DNA of 64,000 nucleotides from Octopus sinensis. Lineage: Eukaryota. Location of the stretch: positions 53,444,001 to 53,508,000 of the forward strand of contig NC_043004.1 in the NCBI RefSeq assembly GCF_006345805.1, given 5' to 3'. The translations under genes and the position numbers were made by a program. Of this stretch, positions 37,966 through 52,792 are shown piece after piece. The notes under the pieces are model-generated. The model was not told where the DNA came from, did not search any database, and saw nothing but the letters and a program-made list of their open reading frames with translations. Positions within the stretch are counted from its first letter, which is position 1. Each line of letters begins with the position of its first letter.

Positions 37966-40643
37966 ATGGATTTTACAGGTAAGATAGAACCGCTGTTTTG
38001 GGATTCATCTTTGAAAGATATTCCTATTCCTTCTAGAAAGGAATTTATCTTGAAACTTGTTAATAATGTTAAAGATTTTATTTCTAGAATTAAATGGAAA
38101 GCTTTTTACTATAATTTTTATTATTTAATGATATTGATAGTAGGAATGATAATTTTACCTCTAAATTTAAATCTAGAAAGGAACCTCCATTTAATAAAGA
38201 ATTACAATTACTTGAAGATAGTATATGGAAGGTGGTAAAAAATATTGAATTCCATAAATACCCAAATAGAAATAATGAATATTTAAGGAATTTAGCAATT
38301 AAAATTAAAGATATGAGAATTATGGATGGTATTATAGTACAATCTGATAAACAAGGATTATATAAATTAGATGTTAAATTATATGATAAACTGGATTTAA
38401 TCCTAAATCTATGTGTATGGGTGTATATATAGTTTATTATTATATTATTATTTTTTTGTTTTGTTTTATATTTTATAGTTTAATTTAATTGTTGATAGGT
38501 TTTTTTTAGTTATATATTGTTTATATATTGATTATATATGGATTATATATAGGTTATATATGGATTATATACTTATAGAAATAATTAAAAAATATAAAAT
38601 GTTCAGATGATATTCTTTATAATATAATAAGGCCTCTAAAGTAGTAATGTTAAATATGAGTTGGATAATAAAACTGAACCTTATGTACCTTTGCACCCCA
38701 GAATTACTCTTAAAGACCATAAAGATAATTTTTATTCAGACCCTAAAGTTAGATTAATTTGCCCATGTAAATCGGACCTAGGTAAATTAAGTAAATTTAT
38801 TTTAGATAAATATATTGATAAGTTAAATAAACTTAATTATTTAAAATTATGGTTTAGTAATAATAATACATTGAAATGGTTTAATAATATTAAAGATAAA
38901 AATCGTTATAAATTTATTCAAATAGATATAGATAATTATTATTCTTCTATTAATGAAATTGTGTTTAATAAAGCGCTTATTTTCGCAATGAATAAAGTGG
39001 GTATGTCACGGGAAGAAGTTAATGTAAAAAAATGGCTAGGAAATCGCTAATTAAATATAAAAATAAATTATGGGCTAGGAATGATACTAGAGAATGTTTT
39101 GATATACCTATGGGAGCACCAGATTCTGCACAGGCTACTGATTTAGTAGGTATTTTTCTTTTATCTGAACTCCAATTAGAAAATCTTAAGATAGAGGGTG
39201 GTTTATATAGAGACGATCTTCTACTAGTTACAAAGAATTGTACTAATAGGAATCTAGAAGTATATAAGAAAAAACTATATAGTTTCTTTAAAAGATATGG
39301 TTTAAGTATTACTATATATAAGGAGAATTATAATGTTAATTATTTAGATGTTAATTTTAAACTTATTACAGGTAAAACACAACCATATCATAAACTTAAT
39401 GAGAACCTTAGATATATAAATGTTAATAGTAATCACCCATTTTCTATTAAAAAATCGTTGATTAATAATATAAGTAAACGTATTTCATTACTCTCTTATG
39501 ATATAGAGATTTTTAATAAACATGCTAATTATTATAATGAGGCCCTTAGAGGGGCAGGTTATAATAGGAATATTAAATTTTATAATATTAGTGATAAAGA
39601 TTTAATTGTTAATTTTCGAGATACTTCTAATAATAATTATAATAATTTTGTTAGGTTTAGTGGTAAAAAATAGATATTATAAAAAAAATAATAAAAATGA
39701 TAAAAATATAAATAAGAATAATAATAATAATAATAAATATAATAATAATATAAATAAGAATAATATAAATAAAAATAAATTTAATAATTATTATAATAAT
39801 TATATTGATAAATTTAATAATATTAATAATTCCTTAAATGCTGTACATAGATATAATTCTGATAATAATTTTAATAAAATAAGAATTATAAATATATTTA
39901 TAATAATGATAATAATAATAAGGTTAATAAGAATAAAATTTGGTTAATAGTTCCTTATGGAGATCAAGTAAAAACGAATATTATTAAAGAGATTTTAGAT
40001 GTTATAGAACTATTTATTAGAGATAATCGTAAATATAGAAACATTTTCTCTTTTAATAATTTTGGAGTTGGTTACTCTACCACTAATAATGTTGGGAACA
40101 TTATTTCTTCATTTAATAAATATAAACTGAATAATATTTATAAAAAGAAATTATTTGATAATAATATTAATAATGATAAGACTTATATTAATTGTACATG
40201 TAGAGATAAATCTAATTGTATATTAAATAATAATTGTGATATTAACGATGTAGTGTATAAATGTATAGTTACATTACATGATAATAACTTTAAGAATAAT
40301 AATTACAAAAACGGTTTATATAGGTTCTACTTCCTCAAAAATAAAACTAAGAATCGCACAACATATGAATTCTTTTAAAAATAAAAACTTAATCAACTCA
40401 ACCAACCGCACTTAGTAAGTACATTTGGAGTCTTAAATCACTAAATATTAATTATAGTTTACTTTGGGAAATAATTTGTAAAACTAAACATATACTATAG
40501 GAGCTATTGTTGTTATTTATGCTCTAATGAGTTTAAAGAAATTTATTTTATAAGTATGATAATTTACTTAATACTGGTGAAGAGCGCAAAAAAAATGCAG
40601 ACATAAGTTACTTTACCTATATAATAAGTTTCATGATAAATAG
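37966..40643 (+). pseudogene. PLE polyprotein copy 2, interrupted by a ~190-bp self-derived insertion and by indels
   Basis: Same RT and GIY-YIG motifs (ORF-track pieces 37921-38238, 38661-39050, 39032-39673). TAG at 40641-40643. Confidence 0.9.
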
Positions 40644-43600
40644 CAATAATAGTTCCCTTTTAGGTTACTTTAGTTTAGTTTAAATTAGTTTAGTTAATAT
40701 TTTTTTGGTTTGTTGTCTAGGCTTTAATTATAGTTAGTCTTTATTGATATTTATTTGTTTTAATTAGTTCATTTTAATGTATATTAATTTAACAGTTTAT
40801 GGTACGTTAAAACTTTAATAATTTATATTAGGTTTTTTTTTTTTTTATTTTATTATGTATTTTTATTATGCATTTGTTATATGTATTTTGGAGGATATAT
40901 TTATATGTTTATGGGTATTATTTAGTGGTGTTTTTATTGAGATTTGTATGTATGTGTGAATGTTTAAGATCCCTTTGTTTTTTGTTTTTTATTTGGTATG
41001 TTGAATTGACAGATTTTATTTGGGTATTGTCTGTTATAATAAAGTACACACACCCATAACAATATAAGTGCCCACTTCATTCGTTGTACCTGGAATTGCA
41101 TGTGAGCCTCAGCATATACACCTAACGGCCACTCCCGCCCCACATGGATAAATAAACACATACATCCACAAAATGGGCTTAATCCATTCACACCAATTAT
41201 ATGTATACAATTATACACACTAGAATAATACATAACTAACCCAAATATACAGAACATACTAAAAATCACCAACTAACCACCATTACAAATGAAACCCACA
41301 CCATACAATGACAAAACTCCCCCCTCCATACCCATTTACACCCACATAGTAATCCCAATATATTCATCCATACATGGACGCAAGTGCGTAAGCACATGCA
41401 CACAATTAATACGTACAACCCCCTAATACACACTCATATACATACGTATCAAGCTCGACATCCACAGCGATACGCTTACACCCACTCACACCCAGATGGG
41501 TGAATTGCACAACCAGGGAACGCACACACACACGTGTGCGTTTTTTGATTGTGCAATTCACCCATATGCATGTATGCGGGCGCGATTACATTGTTGCATA
41601 TATCGAGCCCAAATAGCATGCATATGTACATGTGAGGGGGTACACGCAAATGACGTGCGCGTGTACCCCCTGCATTTATACCCGTGCGTGAATATACACA
41701 TGGAGACTACCACACAGGTACAAATGTGTATAGTAATGGGAGCCCCATCACTACACTCAATGTATACTCTCACCCATCCACGGATGTGTAAGTGTATCTC
41801 CGGTGTATATGTTGAGGCTTATATGTAGCGCTGTGGAGGCGAATGTCGTTGAAATTGTGAATGAATGGGTGGAGTTGGGAATTGTACCGGGTGGTGGACT
41901 AGCGTTGCTTGGAATTGTGAATGGATTAGTGTGTAGTGAGGTAGGCATCGAGAATAGGTTTGGGTTACTGCAAGTTGTTTGTTAGAGCTGCTAAGGTGAG
42001 CTAAAGCTCATAAATGTATATAATGATTTTTCATGGTAGTTTTTTAAAGAATCCATTCATAATAAATTTTTTTAAGTAGTGTTGGTTTGCTACGTGGATA
42101 TAGTTTTTAGTTCCATTTATTCTATTTCTCCATTCATAATTTAAATGACGTTTACTTTCTATGGCGCGTATTTTTTTTTTTTTTTTTTTCATAAGTTATT
42201 TCTATGGTAACGTAATTTTGGTTTGGTTTTTTTAACGGCTAAGAATATAATTTAATTTCACTTCATAATTTGAAACTGAATTGTAAGTATGTATTTTATT
42301 TATCCTTATATCATATTGTTATTTTTGATATTCTGGTTAATTACGATGTATTTAATGTTGTTTTCATAGGAGTGTTTATGTATATGAGATTGTGTGTGAG
42401 TTTTTAGTTGTATAATTTATTTATCTGTATGAGTGTGGGTGTGTAAATATTGTTGTATATATCGAGTTTAGTGAGTATGTATATGCGTATATGTGAGGGA
42501 GTATATGTATCTGTTGTGTGTGTGTGTTTTGCGTGTGTGTTGTTTTGTGTGTGAATGTGTATATGGGTTTGTTATTTAGGTTTTGGATATATGTGTTAAT
42601 TTGTCTGTGGGGGGGGGGAGTGGGTTTTGGTGTATATTGAGGTTTATAAGTTAGTATAGGTATGTGTATAAGTTGTGGGTCTGTGGTTTACGTGTGTGTA
42701 TTTGTGTGTGAATGTTTAGGTTAGGAGGATTGCTATATAGGTTTGTTATAGAGTTTAGCAAAGGGAGATTTTCTCGTATATGTTTTTATGAGTTTTGGTT
42801 ATCATGGTTTTTGTTTTTTTTTTAGGGAATTCGTGGTAATTTGTCTATTTTCGATGTTGGTTGTTTTATTACATAGTTTCATTCATAATTTTTGAGTGTT
42901 GTTCGTTTTGCCACGTGAATTACCGGGTGGTGGACTAGCGTTGTTTGGAATTGTGAATGGAATAGTGTAGTAGTGAGGTAGGCATAGAGAATGGGTTTGG
43001 GTTACTGCAAGTTGTTTGTTAGAGCTGCTAAGGTGAGCTAAAGCTCATAAATGTATATAATGATTTTTCATGGTAGTTTTTTAAAGAATCCATTCATAAT
43101 AAAATTTTTTTAAGTAGTGTTGGTTTGCCACGTGGATATAGCTTTTAGTTCCATTTATTCTTTTTCTCCATTCATAATTTAAATGACGTTTACTTTCCAT
43201 GGCGCGTATTCTTTTTTTACATAAGTTATTTCTATGGTAACGTAATTTTGGTTTGGTTTTTTTAACGGCTAAGGATTTAATTTCACTTCATAATTTGAAA
43301 CTGACTTGTAAGTATGTCTTTTATTTATCCTTATGTCATATTGTTATTTTTGATATTCTGGTTAATACGATGTATTTAATGTTGTTTTCATAGGAGTGTT
43401 TATGTATATGAGTTTGTGTGTGAGTTTTTAGTTGTATAATTTATTTATCTGTATGAGTGTGGTGGGTGTAAATATTGTTGTATATATCGAGTTTAGTGAG
43501 TATGTATATGCGTATATTTGAGGGAGTATATGTATCCGTTGTGTGTGTGTGTGTTTTGCGTGTGTGTGTGTGTTTGTGTGTGAATGTGTATATGGGTTTG

Positions 43601-45129
43601 TTATTTATGTTTTGGGATGTATGTGTTAATTTGTCTGTGTGGGGAGTGAGTGGGTTTTGGTGTATATTGAGGTTTATAAGTTAGTATAGGTATGTGTATA
43701 AGTCGTGGGTCTGTGGTTTACGTGTGTGTATTTGTGTGTGAATGTTTAGGTTAGGGGGATTATTATATAGGTTTGTTATAGAGTTTAGCAAAGGGAGATT
43801 TATCGTTATATGTTTTTAAGAGTTTTGGTTTATCATGGTTTTTTTAGGGAATTCGTGGTAATTTGTCTATTTTCGATGTTGGTTGTGTTATTACATTGTT
43901 TCATTCATAATTTTTGAGTGGTGTTCGTTTTGCCACGTGAATATTATTTTTAATTCCATTTATTCCATTTCTCCATTCATTAATTAGAGATGTTCGTTTC
44001 CAGAGCGGTTATACTTTTTATACATATGTTAAGTTCCTTGGTAAAGTAATTTGTGTTGGTGTATATGTTGAGGCTTATATGTTCTTGTGGGTGTGTGTGA
44101 GTGGGGTGGGTGTTTGTATTTGTTATGGGTGTGTGGTTTACGTGTGTGTTTTGTGTGTGAATGTATAGGTTAAAGGGATTGCTATATAAGTATGTTATAG
44201 TGTTTAGTAAAGGGAGGTTTTATCATTTTTTTATGAGTTTTAGCTTATCATGGTAGTTTTATAAAAGAATCCATTCATAATTTTTGTGTTTATTTGTCTG
44301 TGTGGGGTTGAGTGGGTTTTTGGAGTATATGTTGAGGTTTATATGTATGTATTGGTATGTGTAAGTGTGGTGGTGTGGGTATTTGTATATGTCGTGGGTG
44401 TGTGGTTTACGTGTGGTGTATTGTGTGTGAATGTTTAGGTTAGGGGGATTGCTATATAGGTTTGTTATAGAGTTTAGTAAAGGGAGATTTTATCATTATA
44501 TGTTTTTATGAGTTTTGGTTTATCATGATAGGTTTGTTAAGGAATTCGTAGTAATCTGTGTCTATTTGCGATGTTGTCTGTTGTTTTATTGCATTGTTTC
44601 ATTCATAATTTTTAAGTAGTGTTCGTTTTTACCAAGTGAATATAATTTTTAATTCCATTTATTCCATTTCTCCGTTCATAGTTTTGAGTGATGTCCGTTT
44701 TCTAGAGCGTGAATGTGGGTTGTATGTGTGTGTGTGTGGGAGTATGAATAAGTATTGTGTTGAAGTATTTAGCTATTTTATTTATTTATAGTTGCCTAGA
44801 CGTTTTTATGTGTATGTATAGGGATATATATATAGGTGTGTGATTTAGTGTATGTAGTTAGATATGGTTATATATAATTAGGTATATGTGTATGGGTGTA
44901 TATATAGTTTATTATTATTATTATTATTTTTTTGTTTTGTTTTATTATTTTTATAGTTTATATTTAATTGTTGATAGGTTTTTTTTAGTTTATATTGGTA
45001 TATATTGATTATATATGGATTATATATAGGTTATATATGGATTATATACTTATATTTTTTCATTCATACTTTAATTATTTAAAATTATTATTTTTATATT
45101 TTAAAATATTGATTTTTTAGATTGGAAGT

Positions 45130-45176
45130 CCACCTGAAGATTGTCGATCAAGAAAGAAGAAGAACGATTGTAGTGG
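45130..45176 (+). ncRNA. Type I hammerhead, array copy 4 (stem II 3' strand and GAAA corrupted)
   Basis: ccacctgaagattgtcgatcaagaaagaagaagaacgattgtagtgg. The corruption may be a sequencing error. Confidence 0.55.
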
Positions 45177-45410
45177 CGGTTTTTTTGACTATTTATTAAA
45201 ATTTTATGTATTGATTAAGTCTTTCCTTGTTTGTTTTGCAAAATAGTGGTTTTGTCTCTAATAATATTTTATAATATTTTACTATAAAATTGGATTTAAT
45301 CCTAAATCTGATTTTTTTCCCTGTAAATTTGGATTTATTCCCTAATATTTATTATTTATATAATATTGATAATTTTGTATATTGAGTGTAATACCTCAAT
45401 TTCGAAAATT

Positions 45411-48101
45411 ATGGATTTTACAGGTAAGATAGAACCGCTGTGTTTGGGATTCATCTTTGAAAGATATTCCTATTCCTTCTAGAAAGGAATTTATCTTGAA
45501 ACTTGTTAATAATGTTAAAGATTTTATTTCTAGAATTAAATGGAAAGCTTTTTACTATAATTTTTATTTATTTAATGATATTGATAGTAGGAATGATAAT
45601 TTTACCTCTAAATTTAAATCTAGAAAGGAACCTCCATTTAATAAAGAATTACAATTACTTGAAGATAGTATATGGAAGGTGGTAAAAAATATTGAATTCC
45701 ATAAATACCCAAATAGAAATAATGAATATTTAAGGAATTTAGCAATTAAAATTAAAGATATGAGAATTATGGATGGTATTATAGTACAATCTGATAAAAC
45801 AAGGAACTTATATAAATTAGATGTTAAATTATATGATAAACTGGATTTAATCCTAAATCTATGTGTATGGGTGTATATATAGTTTATTATTATATTATTA
45901 TTATTTTTTTGTTTTGTTTTATATTTTATAGTTTATATTTAATTGTTGATAGGTTTTTTTTAGTTTATATATTGTTTATATATTGATTATATATGGATTA
46001 TATATAGGTTATATATGGATTATATACTTATAGAAATAATTAAAAAATATAAAATTGTTCCAGATGATATTCTTTATAATATTAATAAGGCCTCTAAAGT
46101 AGTAATGTTAAAATATGAGTTGGATAATAAAACTGAACCTTATGTACCTTTGCACCCCAGAATTACTCTTAAAGACCATAAAGATAATTTTTATTCAGAC
46201 CCTAAAGTTAGATTAATTTGCCCATGTAAATCGGACCTAGGTAAATTAAGTAAATTTATTTTAGATAAATATATTGATAAGTTAAATAAACTTAATTATT
46301 TAAAATTATGGTTTAGTAATAATAATACATTGAAATGGTTTAATAATATTAAAGATAAAAATCGTTATAAATTTATTCAAATAGATATAGATATTATTAT
46401 ATTCTTCTATTAATGAAATGTGTTTAATAAAGCGCTTATTTTCGCAATGAATAAAGTGGGTATGTCACGGGAAGAAGTTAATGTAATTAAAATGGCTAGG
46501 AAATCGCTAATTAAATAAAAAATAAATTATGGGCTAGGAATGATACTAGAGAATGTTTTGATATACCTATGGGAGCACCAGATTCTGCACAGGCTACTGA
46601 TTTAGTAGGTATTTTTCTTTTATCTGAACTCCAATTAGAAAATCTTAAGATAGAGGGTGGTTTATATAGAGACGATCTTCTACTAGTTACAAAGAATTGT
46701 ACTAATAGGAATCTAGAAGTATATAAGAAAAAACTATATAGTTTCTTTAAAAGATATGGTTTAAGTATTACTATATATAAGGAGAATTATAATGTTAATT
46801 ATTTAGATGTTAATTTTAAACTTATTACAGGTAAAACACAACCATATCATAAACTTAATGAGAACCTTAGATATATAAATGTTAATAGTAATCACCCATT
46901 TTCTATTAAAAAATCGTTGATTAATAATATAAGTAAACGTATTTCATTACTCTCTTATGATATAGAGATTTTTAATAAACATGCTAATTATTATAATGAG
47001 GCCCTTAGAGGGGCAGGTTATAATAGGAATATTAATTTTATAATATTAGTGATAAAGATTTAATTGTTAATTTTCGAGATACTTCTAATAATAATTATAA
47101 TTTTGTTAGGTTTATTGGTAAAAATAATAGATATTATAAAAAAAATAATAAAAATGATAAAAATATAAATAAGAATAATAATAATAATAATAAATATAAT
47201 AATAATAATATAAATAAGAATAATATAAATAAAAATAAATTTAATAATATTATAATAATTATATTGATAAATTTAATAATATTAATAATTCCTTAAATGC
47301 TGTACATAGATATAATTCTGATAATAATTTTAATAAAATAAAGAATTATAAAATATTTATAATAATGATAATAATAATAAGGTTAATAAGAATAAAATTT
47401 GGTTAATAGTTCCTTATGGAGATCAAGTAAAAACGAATATTATTAAAGAGATTTTAGATGTTATAGAACTATTTATTAGAGATAATCGTAAATATAGAAA
47501 CATTTTCTCTTTTTAATTTTTTGGAGTTGGTTACTCTACCACTAATAATGGGGAACATTATTTCTTCATTTAATAAATATAAACTGAATAATATTTATAA
47601 AAAGAAATTATTTGATAATAATATTAATAATGATAAGACTTATATTAATTGTACATGTAGAGATAAATCTAATTGTATATTAAATAATAATTGTGATATT
47701 AACGATGTAGTGTATAAATGTATAGTTACATTACATGATAATAACTTTAAGAATAATAATTACAAAAAAGCGGTTTATATAGGTTCTACTTCCTCAAAAA
47801 TAAAACTAAGAATCGCACAACATATGAATTCTTTTAAAAATAAAAACTTAATCAACTCAACCGCACTTAGTAAGTACATTTGGAGTCTTAAATCACTAAA
47901 TATTAATTATAGTTTACTTTGGGAAATAATTTGTAAAACTAAATCATATACTATAGGAGCTAATTGTTGTTATTTATGCTCTAATGAGTTTAAAGAAATT
48001 TATTTTATAAGTATGATAATTTACTTAATACTGGTGAAGAGCGCAAAATAAAATGCAGACATAAGTTACTTTACCTATATAATAAGTTTCATGATAAATA
48101 G
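45411..48101 (+). pseudogene. PLE polyprotein copy 3, carrying the same ~190-bp insertion
   Basis: ORF-track pieces 45457-45882, 46015-46413, 46569-47063 and 47521-48051 (GIY-YIG: VVYKC..AVYIGSTS..CYLCSNE). TAG at 48099-48101. Confidence 0.9.
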
Positions 48102-51100
48102 CAATAATAGTTCCCTTTTAGGTTACTTTAGTTTAGTTTAAATTAGTTTAGTTAATATATTTTTGGTTTGTTGTCTAGGCTTTAATTATAGTTAGTCTTT
48201 ATTGATATTTATTTGTTTTAATTAGTTCATTTTAATGTATATTAATTTAACAGTTTATGGTACGTTAAAACTTTAATAATTTATATTAGGTTTTTTTTTT
48301 TTATTTTATTATGTATTTTTATTATGCATTTGTTATATGTATTTTGGAGGATATATTTATATGTTTATGGGTATTATTTAGTGGTTTTTTTATTGAGATT
48401 TGTATGTATGTGTGAATGTTTAAGATCCCTTGTTTTTTGTTTTTTATTTGGTATGTTGAATTGACAGATTTTATTTGGGTATTGTCTGTTATAATAAAGT
48501 ACACACACCCATAACAAATATAAGTGCCCACTTCATTCGTTGTACCTGGAATTGCATGTGAGCCTCAGCATATACACTAACGGCCACTCCCGCCCCACAT
48601 GGATAAATAAACACATACATCCACAAAATGGGCTTAATCCCATTCACACCAATTATATGTATACAATTATACACACTAGAATAATACATAACTAACCCAA
48701 ATATACAGAACATACTAAAAATCACCAACTAACCACCATTACAAATGAAACCCACACCCATACAATGACAAAACTCCCCCCTCCATACCCAATTTACACC
48801 CACATAGTAATCCCAATATATTCATCCATACATGGACGCAAGTGCGTAAGCACATGCACACAATTAATACGTACAACCCCCTAATACACACTCATATACA
48901 TACGTATCAAGCTCGACATCCACAGCGATACGCTTACACCCACTCACACCCAGATGGGTGAATTGCACAACCAGGGAACGCACACACACTCGTGTGCGTT
49001 TTTTGATTGTGCAATTCACCCATATGCATGTATGCGGGCGCGATTACATTGTTGCATATATCGAGCCAAATAGCATGCATATGTACATGTGAGGGGGTAC
49101 ACGCAAATGACGTGCGCGTGTACCCCCTGCATTTATACCCGTGCGTGAATATACACATGGAGACTACCACACAGGTACAAATGTGTATAGTAATGGGAGC
49201 CCCATCACTACACTCAATGTATACTCTCACCCATCCGCACGGATGTGTAAGTGTATCTCCGGTGTATATGTTGAGGCTTATATGTAGCGCTGTGGAGGCG
49301 AATGTCGTTGAAATTGTGAATGAAGGGTGGAGTTGGGAATTGTAACCGGGTGGTGGACTAGCGTTGCTTGGAATTGTGAATGGATTAGTGTGGTAGTGAG
49401 GTAGGCATCGAGAATAGGTTTGGGTTACTGCAAGTTGTTTGTTAGAGCTGCTAAGGTGAGCTAAAGCTCATAAATGTATATAATGATTTTTCATGGTAGT
49501 TTTTTAAAGAATCCATTCATAAAAAATTTTTTTAAGTAGTGTTGGTTTGCTACGTGGATATAGTTTTTAGTTCCATTTATTCTATTTCTCCATTCATAAT
49601 TTAAATGACGTTTACTTTCTATGGCGCGTATTTTTTTTTTTTTTTTTTCATAAGTTATTTCTATGGTAACGTAATTTTGGTTTGGTTTTTTTAACGGCTA
49701 AGAATATAATTTAATTTCACTTCATAATTTGAAACTGAATTGTAAGTATGTATTTATTTATCCTTATATCATATTGTTATTTTTGATATTCTGGTTAATT
49801 ACGATGTATTTAATGTTGTTTTCATAGGAGTGTTTATGTATATGAGATTGTGTGTGAGTTTTTAGTTGTATAATTTATTTATCTGTATGAGTGTGGGTGT
49901 GTAAATATTGTTGTATATATCGAGTTTAGTGAGTATGTATATGCGTATATGTGAGGGAGTATATGTATCTGTTGTGTGTGTGTGTTTTGCGTGTGGTGTG
50001 TTTTGTGTGTGTGAATGTGTATATGGGTTTGTTATTTAGGTTTTGGGATATATGTGTTAATTTGGTGTGTGGGGAGGGAGTGGGTTTTGGTGTATATTGA
50101 GGTTTATAAGTTAGTATAGGTATGTGTATAAGTTGTGGGTCTGTGGTTTACGTGTGTGTATTGTGTGTGAATGTTTAGGTTAGGAGGATTGCTATATAGG
50201 TTTGTTATAGAGTTTAGCAAAGGGAGATTTATCGTTATATGTTTTTATGAGTTTTGGTTATCATGGTTTTTGTTTTTTTTTTAGGGAATTCGTGGTAATT
50301 TGTCTATTTTCGATGTTGGTTGTTTTATTACATAGTTTCATTCATAATTTTTGAGTGTTGTTCGTTTTGCCACGTGAATACCGGGGTGGTGGACTGCGTT
50401 GTTTGGAATTGTGAATGGAATAGTGTAGTAGTGAGGTAGGCATAGAGAATGGGTTTGGGTTACTGCAAGTTGTTTGTTAGAGCTGCTAAGGTGAGCTAAA
50501 GCTCATAAATGTATATAATGATTTTTCATGGTAGTTTTTTAAAGAATCCATTCATAATAAAATTTTTTTAAGTAGTGTTGGTTTGCCACGTGGATATAGT
50601 TTTTAGTTCCATTTATTCTTTTTCTCCATTCATAATTTAAATGACGTTTACTTTCCATGGCGCGTATTCTTTTTTTACATAAGTTATTTCTATGGTAATT
50701 TTGGTTTTTGGTTTTTTTTTTTAACGGCTAAGGATTTAATTTCACTTCATAATTTGAAACTGACTTGTAAGTATGTCTTTTATTTATCCTTATGTCATAT
50801 TGTTATTTTTGATATTCTGGTTAATTACGATGTATTTAATGTTGTTTTCATAGGAGTGTTTATGTATATGAGTTTGTGTGTGAGTTTTTAGTTGTATAAT
50901 TTATTTATCTGTATGAGTGTGGGTGTGTAAATATTGTTGTAATATCGAGTTTAGTGAGTATGTATATGCGTATATTTGAGGGAGTATATGTATCCGTTGT
51001 GTGTGTGTGTGTTTTGCGTGTGTGTGTGTTTGTGTGTGAATGTGTATATGGGTTGTTATTTATGTTTGGGATGTATGTGTTAATTTGTCTGTGTGGGGAG

Positions 51101-52578
51101 TGAGTGGGTTGGTGTGTATATTGAGGTTTATAAGTTAGTATAGGTATGTGTATAAGTCGTGGGTCTGTGGTTTACGTGTGTGTATTTGTGTGTGAATGTT
51201 TAGGTTAGGGGGATTATTATATAGGTTGTTATAGAGTTTAGCAAAGGGAGATTTATCGTTATATGTTTTTAAGAGTTTTGGTTTATCATGGTTTTTTTAG
51301 GGAATTCGTGGTAATTTGTCTATTTTCGATGTTGGTTGTTTTATTACATTGTTTCATTCATAATTTTTGAGTGGTGTTCGTTTTGCCACGTGAATATTAT
51401 TTTTAATTCCATTTATTCCATTCTCCATTCATTAATTTAGAGATGTTCGTTTCCAGAGCGGTTATACTTTTTATACATATGTAAGTTCCTTGGTAAAGTA
51501 ATTTTGTTTGGTGTATATGTTGAGGCTTATATGTTTCTGTGGGGGTGTGTGTGAGTGGGGTGGGTGTTTGTATTTGTTATGGGTGTGTGGTTTACGTGTG
51601 TGTTTTTGTGTGTGAATGTATAGGTTAAAGGGATTGCTTATATAAGTATGTTATAGTGTTTAGTAAAGGGAGGTTTTATCATTTCTGTTTTGTGAGTCTT
51701 AGCTTATCATGGTAGTTTTATAAAAGAATCCATTCATAATTTTTGTGTTTATTTGTCTGTGTGGGGTTGAGTGGGTTTTTGGAGTATATGTTGAGGTTTA
51801 TATGTATGTATTGGTATGTGTAAGTGGTGTGGGTATTTGTATATGTCGTGGGTGTGTGGTTTACGTGTGTGTATTTGTGTGTGAATGTTTAGGTTAGGGG
51901 GATTGCTATATAGGTTTGTTATAGAGTTTAGTAAAGGGAGATTTTATCATTATATGTTTTTATGAGTTTTTGGTTTATCATGATAGGTTTGTTAAGGAAT
52001 TCGTAGTAGTAATCTGTGTCTATTTGCGATGTCTGTTGTTTTATTGCATTGTTTCATTCATAATTTTTAAGTAGTGTTCGTTTTTACCAAGTGAATATAA
52101 TTTTTAATTCCATTTATTCCATTTCTCCGTTCATAGTTTTGAGTGATGTCCGTTTTCTAGAGCGTGAATGTGGGTTGTATGTGTATGTGTGTGGGAGTTA
52201 TGAATAAGTATTGTGTTGAAGTATTTAGCTATTTTATTTATAGTTGCCTAGACGTTTTTATGTGTATGTATAGGGATATATATATAGGTGTGTGATTTAG
52301 TGTATGTAGTTAGATATGGTTATATATATTAGGTATATGTGTATGGGTGTGTATATATAGTTATTATTATATTATTATTATTTTTTTGTTTTGTTTTATA
52401 TTTTATAGTTTATATTTAATTGTTGATAGGTTTTTTTTGTTATATATTGTTTATATATTGATTATATATGGATTTATATAGGTTATATATGGATTATATA
52501 CTTAAACTTTTTCATTCATACTTTAATTATTTAAAATTATTTTTATATTTTAAAATATTGATTTTTTAGATTGGAAGT

Positions 52579-52621
52579 CCACCTGAAGATTGTCGATCAA
52601 GACAAGAAACGATTGTAGTGG
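52579..52621 (+). ncRNA. Type I hammerhead, array copy 5 (intact)
   Basis: Same motif as copies 2 and 3. Confidence 0.9.
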
Positions 52622-52792
52622 CGGTTATTTTGACTATTTATTAAAATTTTATGTATATGATTAAGTCTTTCCTTGTTTGTTTTGCAAAATAGTGGTTTTG
52701 TCTCTAATAATATTTTATAATATTTTACTATAAAATTGGATTTAATCCTAAATCTATTTTTTTCCCTGTAAATTTGGATTATTCCCTAATAT

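Noticed and set aside
38393-38577. The ORF insertion as a spliceosomal intron (it ends in ..ttatag)
   Set aside because: The GT donors I tried do not restore the frame (stops follow), and the sequence is clearly copied from upstream parts of the element.
26064-48101. Selenoprotein recoding (in-frame UGA plus SECIS), reported for many Naiad PLEs
   Set aside because: The conserved Cys positions seen here use TGT/TGC codons, the breaks are indels rather than UGA, and no SECIS-like RUGA-N11/12-AA..GA stem was seen after the stop codon.
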